A DNA stretch of 38,993 nt, from contig JAWOBN010000114.1 in assembly GCA_046484245.1 (NCBI GenBank), positions 1 to 38,993 on the forward strand, in the 5' to 3' direction. The notes beneath the pieces were generated by a model. The model ran no database searches. It saw nothing but the letters and a program-made list of their open reading frames with translations, and was not told where the DNA came from. A program made the position numbers and the translations under genes. The DNA comes from a bacterium. Its GTDB lineage: Bacteria; Hydrothermota; 32-111. Of this stretch, positions 1 to 9,838 are shown one piece after another (position 1 is the first letter of the stretch; every line of letters begins with the position of its first letter).

Positions 1-34
1 TGCCCTTGCCATTACCCGTATATATATGTATCAT
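1..34 (-). CDS. cobO: cob(I)yrinic acid a,c-diamide adenosyltransferase (CobO/BtuR type), 5' fragment running off the window
   Basis: Not in the ORF track. The reverse complement from ATG at 34 reads MIHIYTGNGKG, the characteristic N-terminal YTGxGKGK P-loop of CobO/BtuR. It starts 4 nt after the thioesterase stop. Confidence 0.8.
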   Translation of the reverse strand, partial: MIHIYTGNGKG

Positions 35-38
35 ACCA

Positions 39-458
39 TTATTCACTGTCCTTTATCCTCCTGTACTTAGAGGAGTGCTCATTATCTTCTTCAATCTCAA
101 TACCGTGAGGCATTGTTCTGCCGCTCTTGTCCACACTGACGAATGTGATGAATCCGTCCACAACCTCATTGCCTCTCTGCTCATCCACTGCCCTGCAGTA
201 GAATGCAATGGAGGATCTGCCTGCATATACCGGTGTGGTTTCAAGACGCACTGTGCTGCCTGATGAAGCTGGATTGCTGAAGTGGAGCCCGTGTAGTTTC
301 AGGCATACGAGATTCTCCGGTTTGCCGGTGAGATTTACTGCATGTATATAGCATGCTTCAACAAACCATGAGGACATGGTGCCTGCAAACAGAGTGCCGT
401 GATGATTGAGGTCCTGTGATTTTATGAGTCTGCGGAATTTATAAACTTCAGATCTCAT
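39..458 (-). CDS. Hotdog-fold acyl-CoA thioesterase (YciA-like)
   Basis: Carries DLNHHGTLFAG (cf. NxxGxxFGG) and a C-terminal FITFVSVDKSGR motif. Confidence 0.85.
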   Translation of the reverse strand: MRSEVYKFRRLIKSQDLNHHGTLFAGTMSSWFVEACYIHAVNLTGKPENLVCLKLHGLHFSNPASSGSTVRLETTPVYAGRSSIAFYCRAVDEQRGNEVVDGFITFVSVDKSGRTMPHGIEIEEDNEHSSKYRRIKDSE

Positions 459-690
459 CTACAGGTACCCCCAGTGAGGTTGAGGTTTCCAATGCTGTCT
501 GATAATTCATTACAAAGTCAATTGCCATATCCTCATCCGGAGCATTGAATATGAGATAAAAATCCGGTTTCCCGAACATCTGATAGAAATTTATGATCTT
601 GATTTCACCGGGCGGGGTCACTGTCTTTACAAGTTTCACCGCCTCTTCCGATTTACCGGGGATAATATCCATTTTCGTTACAAATATCAT
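448..690 (-). CDS. Small 80-aa hypothetical protein, probable ferredoxin-like alpha/beta fold (GYD/DUF3303-like)
   Basis: Overlaps both neighbours (ATGA-type coupling to gcvPA). The FYQMFGKPDFYLIFNAPDE pattern resembles the GYD family. Confidence 0.55.
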   Translation of the reverse strand: MIFVTKMDIIPGKSEEAVKLVKTVTPPGEIKIINFYQMFGKPDFYLIFNAPDEDMAIDFVMNYQTALETSTSLGVPVDEI

Positions 691-2027
691 TTTAACACTC
701 CTTTCAGTTCTGTGATGAAATTATCTATATCATTCTTTGAATTCTTCTCTGTTGAAGCCATGACAATCATACTGTCTTCATCAGGCATGAACCTGCTCAT
801 CTTTACGCCCATCAGATAACCCTTTGATTTCATCTTACTGTACACCTCATTGAGATTCCTGATACGGACAGGGAATTCATTGAAGAACGGTCTGTCGGCA
901 TGTATCATCTCAATACTGTCAAGTTCCCTCAACCTGCTGTTGAGATAATGCGCTGAAGCTGCAGAGTCAGCTGAGACCTGCCTGAAACCTCTTCTGCCGG
1001 TCAGTTCCATATATGCAGCTGCCATGAGGAGGCATAATCCCTCATTGGTGCAGATATTGCTTGTCGCCTTCTCCCTTCTGATATGCTGCTCTCTGGTCTG
1101 CAGTGTCATGACATAGCCTGTCCTGCCCTCTTCATCCTCTGTCTTGCCTATTATCCTGCCGGGCATTCTCCGTGCGTATTTCTCCTTTGCAGTGAATATG
1201 CCAAGCAAGGGGCCTCCGTATGCCAAGTGCAGCCCCAGAGGCTGTCCCTCGCCCACAGCAATGTCAGCATCATAATCACCCGGCGGCTTTATAATACCTG
1301 TTGAAACAGGGTTCTGGCTGACTATAAAGAGGGACTTTGAATTGTTCACTATCTCCGCAATGGAGTCCATATCTTCTATGAAACCGTAAAGATTGGGGTT
1401 CTGAACAACTATTCCGGCAGTATTCTCATCAATTAATTCAGCAAGTTTATCCTTGTCCGTAATGCCGTTTTTCATCGGTAGATAATGATACTCAATATCC
1501 TGCCCCTTGAGATATGTGTCTATCACTTCCCTTACTGTGAAATGCAGGCCCTGAGATATGAGGATCTTATTCTTGCCTGTAATGCCCATTGCCATATGGC
1601 ATGCCTCTGCTGTTGAGGTTGAACCGTCATACATTGATGCATTGGATATCTCCATATTGTACAACCGGGATATCATGGACTGAAACTCATATATTATCTG
1701 CAGTGTCCCCTGGGAAACCTCTGCCTGATAAGGTGTATATGCAGTGTAGAATTCCGGTCTCATTGCAATATGTTTGATCTGTGGAGGTACATAATGATCA
1801 TAAATACCCATGCCTGCAAAATTGACCATACTGCCTGCCGGTCTGTTTACTGCTGCTTTCCTGTCTGCAAGTTTCTGCAGTTCATATTCCGATATGCCCT
1901 CATCCAGTCCTATGTGCCTGTCTATGAGTTTACCGGGTATATGCCTGATAAGCTCCTCAAAGTTATTTATACCGATGCTCTCAAGCATAAGCTTCCTGCT
2001 GTCTTCACCCGAGGGTGTATATTTCAT
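687..2027 (-). CDS. gcvPA: Glycine dehydrogenase (decarboxylating) subunit 1
   Basis: 446 aa with motifs EFYTAYTPYQAEVSQG, NASMYDG and LQTREQHIRREKATSNICTN. Confidence 0.96.
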   Translation of the reverse strand: MKYTPSGEDSRKLMLESIGINNFEELIRHIPGKLIDRHIGLDEGISEYELQKLADRKAAVNRPAGSMVNFAGMGIYDHYVPPQIKHIAMRPEFYTAYTPYQAEVSQGTLQIIYEFQSMISRLYNMEISNASMYDGSTSTAEACHMAMGITGKNKILISQGLHFTVREVIDTYLKGQDIEYHYLPMKNGITDKDKLAELIDENTAGIVVQNPNLYGFIEDMDSIAEIVNNSKSLFIVSQNPVSTGIIKPPGDYDADIAVGEGQPLGLHLAYGGPLLGIFTAKEKYARRMPGRIIGKTEDEEGRTGYVMTLQTREQHIRREKATSNICTNEGLCLLMAAAYMELTGRRGFRQVSADSAASAHYLNSRLRELDSIEMIHADRPFFNEFPVRIRNLNEVYSKMKSKGYLMGVKMSRFMPDEDSMIVMASTEKNSKNDIDNFITELKGVLK

Positions 2028-2046
2028 TGTTACTCCTTATTAATTC

Positions 2047-2424
2047 TTACTCAATACTGCTGATATACTGATCAGCTGACATCAGTTCATCCGCCTCTGA
2101 AGGATCACTCATCTTGATCTTGAAGAGCCAGCCCTCACCATACGGGTCATCGGATATGATCTCGGGATTATCTACTATCCCGGAATTAACCTCAATTATC
2201 CCGCCTGAGACAGCAGCATATATCTCACTTACTGCTTTTACAGCTTCAATTGTTCCGCAGGCATTATCCTTTTCAACATTGATGCCCTCATCAGGGAGTT
2301 CCACAAAGGCAATGTCTGAGAGTTCTGACTGCGCATAATCGGTAATGCCCTGTACTGCAGTGTCGCCTTCAATCCTGATCCATTCATGATTCTTCGTGTA
2401 TTTGAGATCTTTCGGTGCATTCAT
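2047..2424 (-). CDS. gcvH: Glycine cleavage system H protein
   Basis: Motifs YTKNHEW, GITDYAQ, lipoyl lysine in IEAVKAVSE, and DPYGEGW. Confidence 0.97.
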   Translation of the reverse strand: MNAPKDLKYTKNHEWIRIEGDTAVQGITDYAQSELSDIAFVELPDEGINVEKDNACGTIEAVKAVSEIYAAVSGGIIEVNSGIVDNPEIISDDPYGEGWLFKIKMSDPSEADELMSADQYISSIE

Positions 2425-2434
2425 TATCTTCCTC

Positions 2435-3535
2435 CTATTTTTTCGGATTTACTGTTCCCTCTTTATAAAACGGGGGTTTCACTGTCAATGCTTTGAGCTT
2501 CCTGCCCCTGATATCTATAAATATCTCATTGCCCGGTTTGTGATAAGGCACATTGACATATCCCAGACCTATGTACTTGTCAATAGAGGGCGAGTAATTG
2601 CCGCTTGTGACAAATCCCGCCTCCTCAGTATCAGTGAATATGGTGTATTCATGCCTCGGTATGCCCCTTTCAAGCATCTCAAAACAGCAGAGCCGCCTTG
2701 ACAGCCCCTTCTCCTTCTGTTCTATGAGGGCATCCCTGCCTATGAAATCACCGTGAGAGAGTTTTACTGCCCATTTGAGACCAGCTTCAAGAGGCGATGT
2801 ATCCTTGCTTATATCATTGCCGTAAAGCATATACTTCATCTCCAAGCGCAGTGTATCCCTTGCACCCAGTCCAATGGGCTCTATCTCAAATTCACTGCCT
2901 GCATCCATCAGACAGTTCCATATCTCTTCTGCATATTCATTGCCGAAGTAGAGCTCAAAACCATCTTCACCTGTATAACCTGTCCTTGACACAAGCATAT
3001 TCCTGCTGTTTACATCAATGAATGAATAATGATAGAATCCGATGGAATCAAGATCATAATCAGTGAGTTTTGAGAGCACCTTCTGAGCATCCGGCCCCTG
3101 CACAGCAATCTGTGTTACATTGTCTGTATTATTCTTCAATTCAATATCATCCGGCTTGTTCTTCAATATCCACTCAAAATCCTTCACAGTATTGGATGCA
3201 TTGACAACAAGCAGCATCCTGTCCGGGAGATTATATACAAGCAGGTCATCAACAATGCCGCCGTCAGGATAGAGCATCATTGTATATTGAACACCGTCTT
3301 CAGGTATATTCATCACATTGTTTGCTGTTATATGATCAACAAACTCCTTCCGCCCGGCACCTGTTATTTCAATTTCACCCATATGTGAAACATCAAACAG
3401 GCCTACTGTACTCCTGACCCTCTTGACCTCATCAATGATTCCCTTGAACTGTACAGGCATACTGTAGCCTGCAAAGGGTACCATCTTGCCTTTATTCTTC
3501 ATATGAATACCGCATAGTGCTGTTTGCTTTTCCAC
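2435..3535 (-). CDS. gcvT: Aminomethyltransferase (glycine cleavage T protein)
   Basis: Motifs GLFDVSHMGE, SRTGYTGEDGFE and GLGARDTLRLE. GTG start with a GGAGG SD at 3540-3544. Confidence 0.97.
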   Translation of the reverse strand: MEKQTALCGIHMKNKGKMVPFAGYSMPVQFKGIIDEVKRVRSTVGLFDVSHMGEIEITGAGRKEFVDHITANNVMNIPEDGVQYTMMLYPDGGIVDDLLVYNLPDRMLLVVNASNTVKDFEWILKNKPDDIELKNNTDNVTQIAVQGPDAQKVLSKLTDYDLDSIGFYHYSFIDVNSRNMLVSRTGYTGEDGFELYFGNEYAEEIWNCLMDAGSEFEIEPIGLGARDTLRLEMKYMLYGNDISKDTSPLEAGLKWAVKLSHGDFIGRDALIEQKEKGLSRRLCCFEMLERGIPRHEYTIFTDTEEAGFVTSGNYSPSIDKYIGLGYVNVPYHKPGNEIFIDIRGRKLKALTVKPPFYKEGTVNPKK

Positions 3536-3563
3536 AGTTCCTCCATTGTATATTTAATTTACT

Positions 3564-3591
3564 ATTATATGAAATATATATATAAATTCAA
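3564..3591 (-). promoter_or_regulatory. Putative sigma70 promoter of the gcv operon
   Basis: Minus strand TTGAAT (3591-3586), N16, TATAAT (3569-3564), upstream of the gcvT SD. Confidence 0.6.
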
Positions 3592-4538
3592 GTATTGAAA
3601 TCCATATTCTTACTCCAGCTGCTGTACCAGTCCTCCGGCATCACATTTATCAGTCCCGAGAGAAGAGCAAGATCATCAAATGGTGTCTGGGCTATACGTA
3701 TATGGCGTGTGAACAACCGGGAATAATCACCCAGGGTTCTCTCAATAATATCCGTAAGCATCCTGCTGTTACTCGTAAATACACTGCCGCCTATAATGAA
3801 TAACTCTGTATCAAAAATAGCACTGAGTGATACAAGACCGGCAGTAAAACCCTCTGCTGCATTGTTTATTATACTCCGGGATTCATCTGACCTGTCATAT
3901 GACTCAAAGACCCTGCTTGCTTCCATGCCTGCCGCCCTTTCAATAGCTGAACCGGAAGCAATTGATTCCATATCCCCGCGATTACCGCAATTACAGAGGG
4001 GACCGCCCTTCATGACAATCATATGACCTATATGAGATGCATTCCCCCTGCTGCCCCTTACAGGACTGCCGCCTGTTACAATACCGCCCCCTATGCCTGT
4101 GCTCCAGGTAATATATATGAAATCATCCGGTATATTATTTATCAGCCTTTTATGAACAAGTGCTGAGGATATAGCATCATTTTCCATTACAATATCAAAA
4201 TGCCGGTTCAATTCCTCCTCAATGGGAATCTCCACCCAGTCATTATCAGGTCCGCTCTCTGCATTGAGGCCTCCGCATATATTGGGTGTTGTCAGAACCT
4301 TCCTGCCATTGTTCAACCCGAATGGGCCGGGGGCACTGACCCCCACTCTCTCAATACCGTCTTTTTCAATTCCGTTTCTTTTGAGGAGTATATCTATCAT
4401 ACTCATGACCTGACGGGGCAGAGCTTTGCTGCTGCCTGTCTTTACAGTCATCTCCTCTACGGAATCCGCAATACCGGTCTTGTGAGCTATAACAGCCCTT
4501 GTCTGTGTGCCGCCGATATCTACACCTATTATCATCAT
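3588..4538 (-). CDS. ROK family sugar kinase (NanK-like motif variant)
   Basis: Motifs GVDIGGT, END, STGIGGG, HIGH and CNCGNRG. No N-terminal HTH. Confidence 0.85.
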   Translation of the reverse strand: MMIIGVDIGGTQTRAVIAHKTGIADSVEEMTVKTGSSKALPRQVMSMIDILLKRNGIEKDGIERVGVSAPGPFGLNNGRKVLTTPNICGGLNAESGPDNDWVEIPIEEELNRHFDIVMENDAISSALVHKRLINNIPDDFIYITWSTGIGGGIVTGGSPVRGSRGNASHIGHMIVMKGGPLCNCGNRGDMESIASGSAIERAAGMEASRVFESYDRSDESRSIINNAAEGFTAGLVSLSAIFDTELFIIGGSVFTSNSRMLTDIIERTLGDYSRLFTRHIRIAQTPFDDLALLSGLINVMPEDWYSSWSKNMDFNT

Positions 4539-4539
4539 A

Positions 4540-6036
4540 TCAGTTTATTGAAGCGATCTTCTCCAGTTTGGAGTAAGAGTATATTTCAACAAAACCCCGT
4601 TCAATATTTTCATTATGCTCTATCTTTATATTAATATTCCAATCCTCCATCAGGTCACGGAGATACGGAGAAAGATGCTGATCTATCTCATCAATAACAA
4701 CCTTTCTGCTGTTGACAATCAATGTGTCTCCGGAATGATTCTTGCCATTCTCCTTGAGCCATCTGAGAAACTTCAATGCGAGATGAATGGGTCTGGGGGT
4801 AAATCCCCTGCCGCCGCACAATCTGCATTTGTCTGCAAAATAATTTATAACAGAGGGTCCAACCCTCTTGCGTGTCATTTCAACAAGGCCGAATTTGGAG
4901 ACATTGAGCACCTTGGATGTAGCCATATCATCCCTCAGATGCTTCTTCAATGTCTTGACAACACGTTTCTTATTGTAATTCTTTTTCATGCCGATGAAAT
5001 CCAGGACAATGAGACCGCCGATATTCCTCAGTCTCAGCTGCCGGGCAATCTCCTCAGCTGCCATGATATTGATATTGGCAATAAGACTCTCGTCATCACT
5101 CCCCTTTGATTTGGACATCTTGCCGCTGTTCACATCAATAGCTGTAAGTGCCTCTGTCGGTTCAATGATTATATATGCACCGTGCTTGAGGTACACATCT
5201 GTCTCAAAAAGCTGGTCCATCTCCTTGTCCAGATCATAATGGGACAGGAGAGGACTGGTAAAATTGTACAGTTTGACCTTCTTCTTCATATTGGAGTCAA
5301 CAAATGAATAGTATCTCTGAATATCATTGTAAATCTCCTTGGAATCAACCACTATCTCATCAATACCCCGCTTTATCAGATTCCTTATTGTCTTGATTAC
5401 AATGGAGCTTTCCCTGTAAACCAAAGCCGGTGTCTCCAGCTTCTTTGTCTTTTTCAGCACCTGGCTCCACATCCTGACAAGGTCCTTATACTCCTTTTTA
5501 AGCTGCGTTTTATTGGCATCATATGCAGCTGTGCGTATGATAACCCCCATATCCCTTTCCAGTATCTTGTACATATACTTCTTCAATTCACCCCTGAATT
5601 TCTTGTCTCTAATCTTCTTTGATATGCCGACAAAATGCACATTCGGCACCAGCACCATGAAATTCCCGGGTATTGTTATATATGTTGTCAGACGCGCGCC
5701 CTTGGCAGATATCTCATCCCTCTCTATCTGCACAAGTATCTCGTCTCCCTTGTGTACTGTCATCTCCGATGCAACCTTTTCATCCAGCTCATTGTCCAAT
5801 TCAAAGATCACCTTGCCGTCAGCTGACTGCAGCGGCAGGAAACCCTTTTTCTTCTCCCCGTAATTGACGAATCCCGCCTTGAGACCCTCTGATATGGATT
5901 GGACCTTTGCCTTGTAGATATTCCCTACAATGGATTTCCTGTCCTCATTCTCCACCTTTATCTCTGTTAATTTTCCTTCACTTCTCAGTGCTATTATTAT
6001 GTCATTCTTCATTTGAGTAATAAATAATCTGTTCAT
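4540..6036 (-). CDS. rng: Ribonuclease E/G family (RNase G-sized)
   Basis: S1 domain (VGNIYKAKV), AIDVNSG, EEIARQLRLRNIGGLIVLDF, GLVEMTRKR and the CRLCGGRG Zn-link. Confidence 0.92.
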   Translation of the reverse strand: MNRLFITQMKNDIIIALRSEGKLTEIKVENEDRKSIVGNIYKAKVQSISEGLKAGFVNYGEKKKGFLPLQSADGKVIFELDNELDEKVASEMTVHKGDEILVQIERDEISAKGARLTTYITIPGNFMVLVPNVHFVGISKKIRDKKFRGELKKYMYKILERDMGVIIRTAAYDANKTQLKKEYKDLVRMWSQVLKKTKKLETPALVYRESSIVIKTIRNLIKRGIDEIVVDSKEIYNDIQRYYSFVDSNMKKKVKLYNFTSPLLSHYDLDKEMDQLFETDVYLKHGAYIIIEPTEALTAIDVNSGKMSKSKGSDDESLIANINIMAAEEIARQLRLRNIGGLIVLDFIGMKKNYNKKRVVKTLKKHLRDDMATSKVLNVSKFGLVEMTRKRVGPSVINYFADKCRLCGGRGFTPRPIHLALKFLRWLKENGKNHSGDTLIVNSRKVVIDEIDQHLSPYLRDLMEDWNINIKIEHNENIERGFVEIYSYSKLEKIASIN

Positions 6037-8516
6037 ATCTTTTCAACCTCAATAATGTTTCCATTATCTTTTCTGTAAAATTTTTCTCTGTACACATCAG
6101 GACTATCATGAGGATTCAGTCCCAGTATATTATTCTCTATCTCAGAAAATTTGACTGAACCATTGTTATTGTACTTGAGTATAACCCTGACCAAATTGTT
6201 TTCTATTTCAATATCATCAATGAATTCCCTGATATTGTACTGTTTTATCTTATCCTTCTTCTCCCTCTCAATAATGTATTCCTCACTGTCAAGGAAATCC
6301 GCTATTTTCTCTTTTGTCTTGTCTGTCACATTGAAGCCGAATACCATTGATATCCTGTTCAGTTTTTTGACAACAGACATCCTGTCAGATATAAGCTCCT
6401 TTGCCATATAGAATTTTATGCCTGCGGGAAATGCCCTGTTCAGTATACTGAGTATATTGCCCGATGGTTTGGACTGAAGAAAAGCCTCCATAACCTCCAT
6501 CCGGGAATATACACCGACCGGTTTTGGGGGTCCGTAATGCATCTTTATCTTCGGATTGTAGCCGCTTGTATATAGAAAATCCAGACCGCTGCGTCTCAGT
6601 CCCGCTGATATGAGATCTATCATACTGAGATGGGAAAGATATTTGTAATCTTCAGACACCTCATAGCAGAAAAACATCTTTATCCGCCTGCTCAGTTTAT
6701 TGACGATCTTCTTCCTCTTCCTGCTCTTGAAGAATTCCGTTGACTGCCTCTTGCTGTCCTCATTTCTTCTCTTTTCCCCTGCAATCTCTCCATTGCAGGC
6801 ACCGCAGAGAGTGCATTCCCCTTCCCTGCAGTCAGGCGTGTAAATGCCCTGTTTTGCTTTATTATACTCTTCAAGGAGAAATGCTCTATTGACAGGATAT
6901 TGAATAATTTCCCAGGGGAGTGTGTCATCAGTGCTTCTCTCCCTGAGATAATTATCAGTATCAATCCCCATCTCTCTGCTGCATTCAATCCATTTGTCAA
7001 ATTCAAAATACTCAGACCACTGATCAAGACGCTGGCCATTATTGTAGGCGCACTCTATCACAGAACCGAGTTCCTGTCCGCCCCTGGCAAAAACACCCTC
7101 AAGATAGGATATATCCGTATCACGGGCATTGAGCTGAATATTCTTGAACTGCAGACCATTTCTGATAAGTGATATCCTTCTGTCCATCTCATCTTTTGAT
7201 ATCTGCTCCGACCACTGGAAAGGCGTGAATGGGCGGGGCACGAAGGGCGAGACCGATGCATTGATCTTCACATGCCTGAACCGTGAGGCAATACTGTTCA
7301 GCAGATCACTGATTGCCGCAACATCACTGTCATTCTCTGAGGGCAGGCCTATCATGAAATAGAGCTTGAATTTCTTCCATCCGAATGCTACACCTGTCTC
7401 AATGGTGTTGAATATCTCTTCTTCGGATATATTCTTGTTTATAACACTCTTGAGTCTCTCGGAAGCTGTTTCAACAGCTATTGTTATACCGGATTTCCTC
7501 ACCCTGCTTATCTGATTGTAAAGATTCTTGTCTATATCTCCTATTCTCAATGAGGGAAGGCTGATATTGGCATTATCACGCCTTATCCGTGATGACAATG
7601 TCTCCAGCAAATCCCCTATGTCAAGATAATCCGTAGCTGACAGTGAGAGCAGGGATACTTCCTTCATGCCTGTTGCATCAAGGCGCTCGGATGATGCCTG
7701 CACAATACTGTCAACAGGCTCCTCTCTCACAGGCCTGTATATTATACCTGCCTGGCAGAACCTGCAGCCGCGCGTGCATCCCCTGCTTATCTCAACTGTA
7801 ACCCTGTCATGGACAATTCTTGTATTAGGGACAAGGGGTCTTCTTATTATGCCTGAAGCAGCAAGGGGCATGGGTTTTGCCCTCTCTACAGTATCACCCT
7901 CTTTATGCAGTGCTGGGATATATGTAAATGGCAGTTCATTGAACTGTTCCAATGCACCTGTTCTGCTTAATTCGCCCTGTGAGTATCTTGCCAGTATATC
8001 AGTGATATCATCTGCCATTGATTCAATTTCACCAATAAAGAACACATCAATGAATGATTCAACCGGCCCGGGGTTATACACAGCTGTGCCGCCTGCAGCG
8101 ACAATGGGGTCATCTTCACTTCTCTTATCCGAATGAAGGGGTATCCCGGAGAGCTGCAGAATGGAGAGTATGTTGGTATATGTCAATTCATACTCAACAG
8201 TAAATCCTATCATATCAAATCGGGAAAGGGGAGTTCCGGTCTCCAGTGTTCTGAGAGGCTCATCCTCCTCAATCAGCATTTTTTCCATATCCGGCTCCAC
8301 TGCATAGACACGCTCAGCATATACATTATACTTTCTATTGAGCATGTGATAGAGCAGCTTGTGGCCATTGGAGGACATGCCCACACTGTAGAGATCCGGA
8401 TAGGAAAGGCATATTCTCACCTTGCCTTCCGGGTCTTTATCTATTACATTATATTCACCGCCTGTATACTGGGCGGGATTATTTACTGACCTGAGGATTT
8501 TATCAGGATAAATCAT
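6033..8516 (-). CDS. B12-binding-domain radical SAM protein (TIGR03960-like) fused to a radical SAM-linked domain (TIGR03936/DUF2344-like)
   Basis: Motifs PAQYTGGEYN, YPDLYSVGMS, EISRGCTRGCRFCQAG (CxxxCxxC) and DCREGECTLCGAC. The C-terminal domain has KYLSHL and YTSGYNPKIKMHYGP. It lies upstream of rng, as usual for this family. Confidence 0.88.
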   Translation of the reverse strand: MIYPDKILRSVNNPAQYTGGEYNVIDKDPEGKVRICLSYPDLYSVGMSSNGHKLLYHMLNRKYNVYAERVYAVEPDMEKMLIEEDEPLRTLETGTPLSRFDMIGFTVEYELTYTNILSILQLSGIPLHSDKRSEDDPIVAAGGTAVYNPGPVESFIDVFFIGEIESMADDITDILARYSQGELSRTGALEQFNELPFTYIPALHKEGDTVERAKPMPLAASGIIRRPLVPNTRIVHDRVTVEISRGCTRGCRFCQAGIIYRPVREEPVDSIVQASSERLDATGMKEVSLLSLSATDYLDIGDLLETLSSRIRRDNANISLPSLRIGDIDKNLYNQISRVRKSGITIAVETASERLKSVINKNISEEEIFNTIETGVAFGWKKFKLYFMIGLPSENDSDVAAISDLLNSIASRFRHVKINASVSPFVPRPFTPFQWSEQISKDEMDRRISLIRNGLQFKNIQLNARDTDISYLEGVFARGGQELGSVIECAYNNGQRLDQWSEYFEFDKWIECSREMGIDTDNYLRERSTDDTLPWEIIQYPVNRAFLLEEYNKAKQGIYTPDCREGECTLCGACNGEIAGEKRRNEDSKRQSTEFFKSRKRKKIVNKLSRRIKMFFCYEVSEDYKYLSHLSMIDLISAGLRRSGLDFLYTSGYNPKIKMHYGPPKPVGVYSRMEVMEAFLQSKPSGNILSILNRAFPAGIKFYMAKELISDRMSVVKKLNRISMVFGFNVTDKTKEKIADFLDSEEYIIEREKKDKIKQYNIREFIDDIEIENNLVRVILKYNNNGSVKFSEIENNILGLNPHDSPDVYREKFYRKDNGNIIEVEKI

Positions 8517-9378
8517 TGCCTGTCAGTAACCTGTAAGTATTGAGGTATATCTGAGATGTCTTTTCAATAACATCCTCGGGGAGTTCGGGCGGCGCTGAAT
8601 TCCTGTCCCACTCTGTTGACAACAGATAATCCCTGATATACTGCTTGTCCATGCTCTGCTGTTTCTCTCCCTTCTTGTAACTTTCAGCTGACCAGAATCT
8701 GGATGAATCGGGTGTGAGTAATTCATCAATGATTATGAGATTATCTTCATATACACCGAATTCCATCTTGGTGTCTGCAATAATGATACCCCTGCTCAGT
8801 GCGTATTCAGCAGCTTTTTTGTATATGGCAAGAGAGGTGTCCCTCACAATATCACTGTACTCAGGTATGATTGTCTTCATCTCATCATATGAGATATTCT
8901 CATCATGTCCCTCTTCAGCTTTTGTGGAAGGGGTGAATATCGGTTCCGGGAATCTCTCTGATTCCACAAGTTCCTCATCTATGCGCATGCCTCCGATTGT
9001 GTGACTCTCTGTATACTCCCTGTATCCGGAGCCTGTGATATACCCCCTGACAATACACTCCACAGGCAGCGGCTGCGCCTTTTTGGCGACCATGAATCTG
9101 CCCTTGAGATAATCATACTGCCTGAGGAAGCGCGGCAGTTTGCTGAAATCAGCATGGATAACATGATTGTCAATAATGTCCTCAACCATTTCAAAGAAGA
9201 ACAGGGATAATTGGTTGAGCACCTTGCCCTTCATCGGTATGGTGCTTGTCAGGATATGGTCAAATGCAGACACCCTGTCTGTTGTAATGATAAGCAGGTC
9301 ATTTTGCAGTTCATATATATCCCTCACCTTGCCGCGTGACACAAGGTCCAGTTCCTGAATTTCAGTTTCCCTTATCAT
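8503..9378 (-). CDS. purC: Phosphoribosylaminoimidazole-succinocarboxamide synthase
   Basis: Motifs GKVRDIY, TDRVSAFD, PVECIVRGY, IIADTKMEFG and DELLTPDSSRFW. Confidence 0.97.
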   Translation of the reverse strand: MIRETEIQELDLVSRGKVRDIYELQNDLLIITTDRVSAFDHILTSTIPMKGKVLNQLSLFFFEMVEDIIDNHVIHADFSKLPRFLRQYDYLKGRFMVAKKAQPLPVECIVRGYITGSGYREYTESHTIGGMRIDEELVESERFPEPIFTPSTKAEEGHDENISYDEMKTIIPEYSDIVRDTSLAIYKKAAEYALSRGIIIADTKMEFGVYEDNLIIIDELLTPDSSRFWSAESYKKGEKQQSMDKQYIRDYLLSTEWDRNSAPPELPEDVIEKTSQIYLNTYRLLTGNDLS

Positions 9379-9838
9379 TCTTGCCTCCGTTCTTTATAAG
9401 AGTATTGAGTTCATCCATAAATTCCTTCATATCCTTGAATTGCCTGTACACAGAAGCAAACCTGATATACGATATCTCATCTGTCTGTTTGAGGAGGTCC
9501 ATTATCTTTGCGCCAATGCTTGATGATTCCACCTCTCCTGTTTCATGGGAGAAAATGAATTTCTCAGTATTGTCAACAATATCCTGAATCTCCTCTGATG
9601 AAACAGGCCTCTTCTTGCAGGCAATTGTTATACCGTCAACAATCTTCTCCCTGTTGTACGGCTCCCTCCTACCGTCTCTCTTTATTATAAACACAGGAAT
9701 CTTCTCAATATATTCATATGTGGTGAATCTCCTCTGACACTCCACACATTCCCTGCGTCTCCTCACACTGAGTCCATCCTTGCTTGTCCTTGAATCAATG
9801 ACCCTGTTCTCTTCAAATCCGCAGTACGGGCATTTCAT
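9362..9838 (-). CDS. nrdR: Transcriptional repressor NrdR
   Basis: Motifs MKCPYC, VIDSR, RRRRECxxCxxRFTTYE, an ATP cone and YIRFASVYRQF. Confidence 0.98.
   Translation of the reverse strand: MKCPYCGFEENRVIDSRTSKDGLSVRRRRECVECQRRFTTYEYIEKIPVFIIKRDGRREPYNREKIVDGITIACKKRPVSSEEIQDIVDNTEKFIFSHETGEVESSSIGAKIMDLLKQTDEISYIRFASVYRQFKDMKEFMDELNTLIKNGGKNDKGN

Noticed and set aside
3536..3587. Glycine riboswitch upstream of gcvT
   Set aside because: Only about 50 nt of AT-rich sequence is available, with no aptamer structure.
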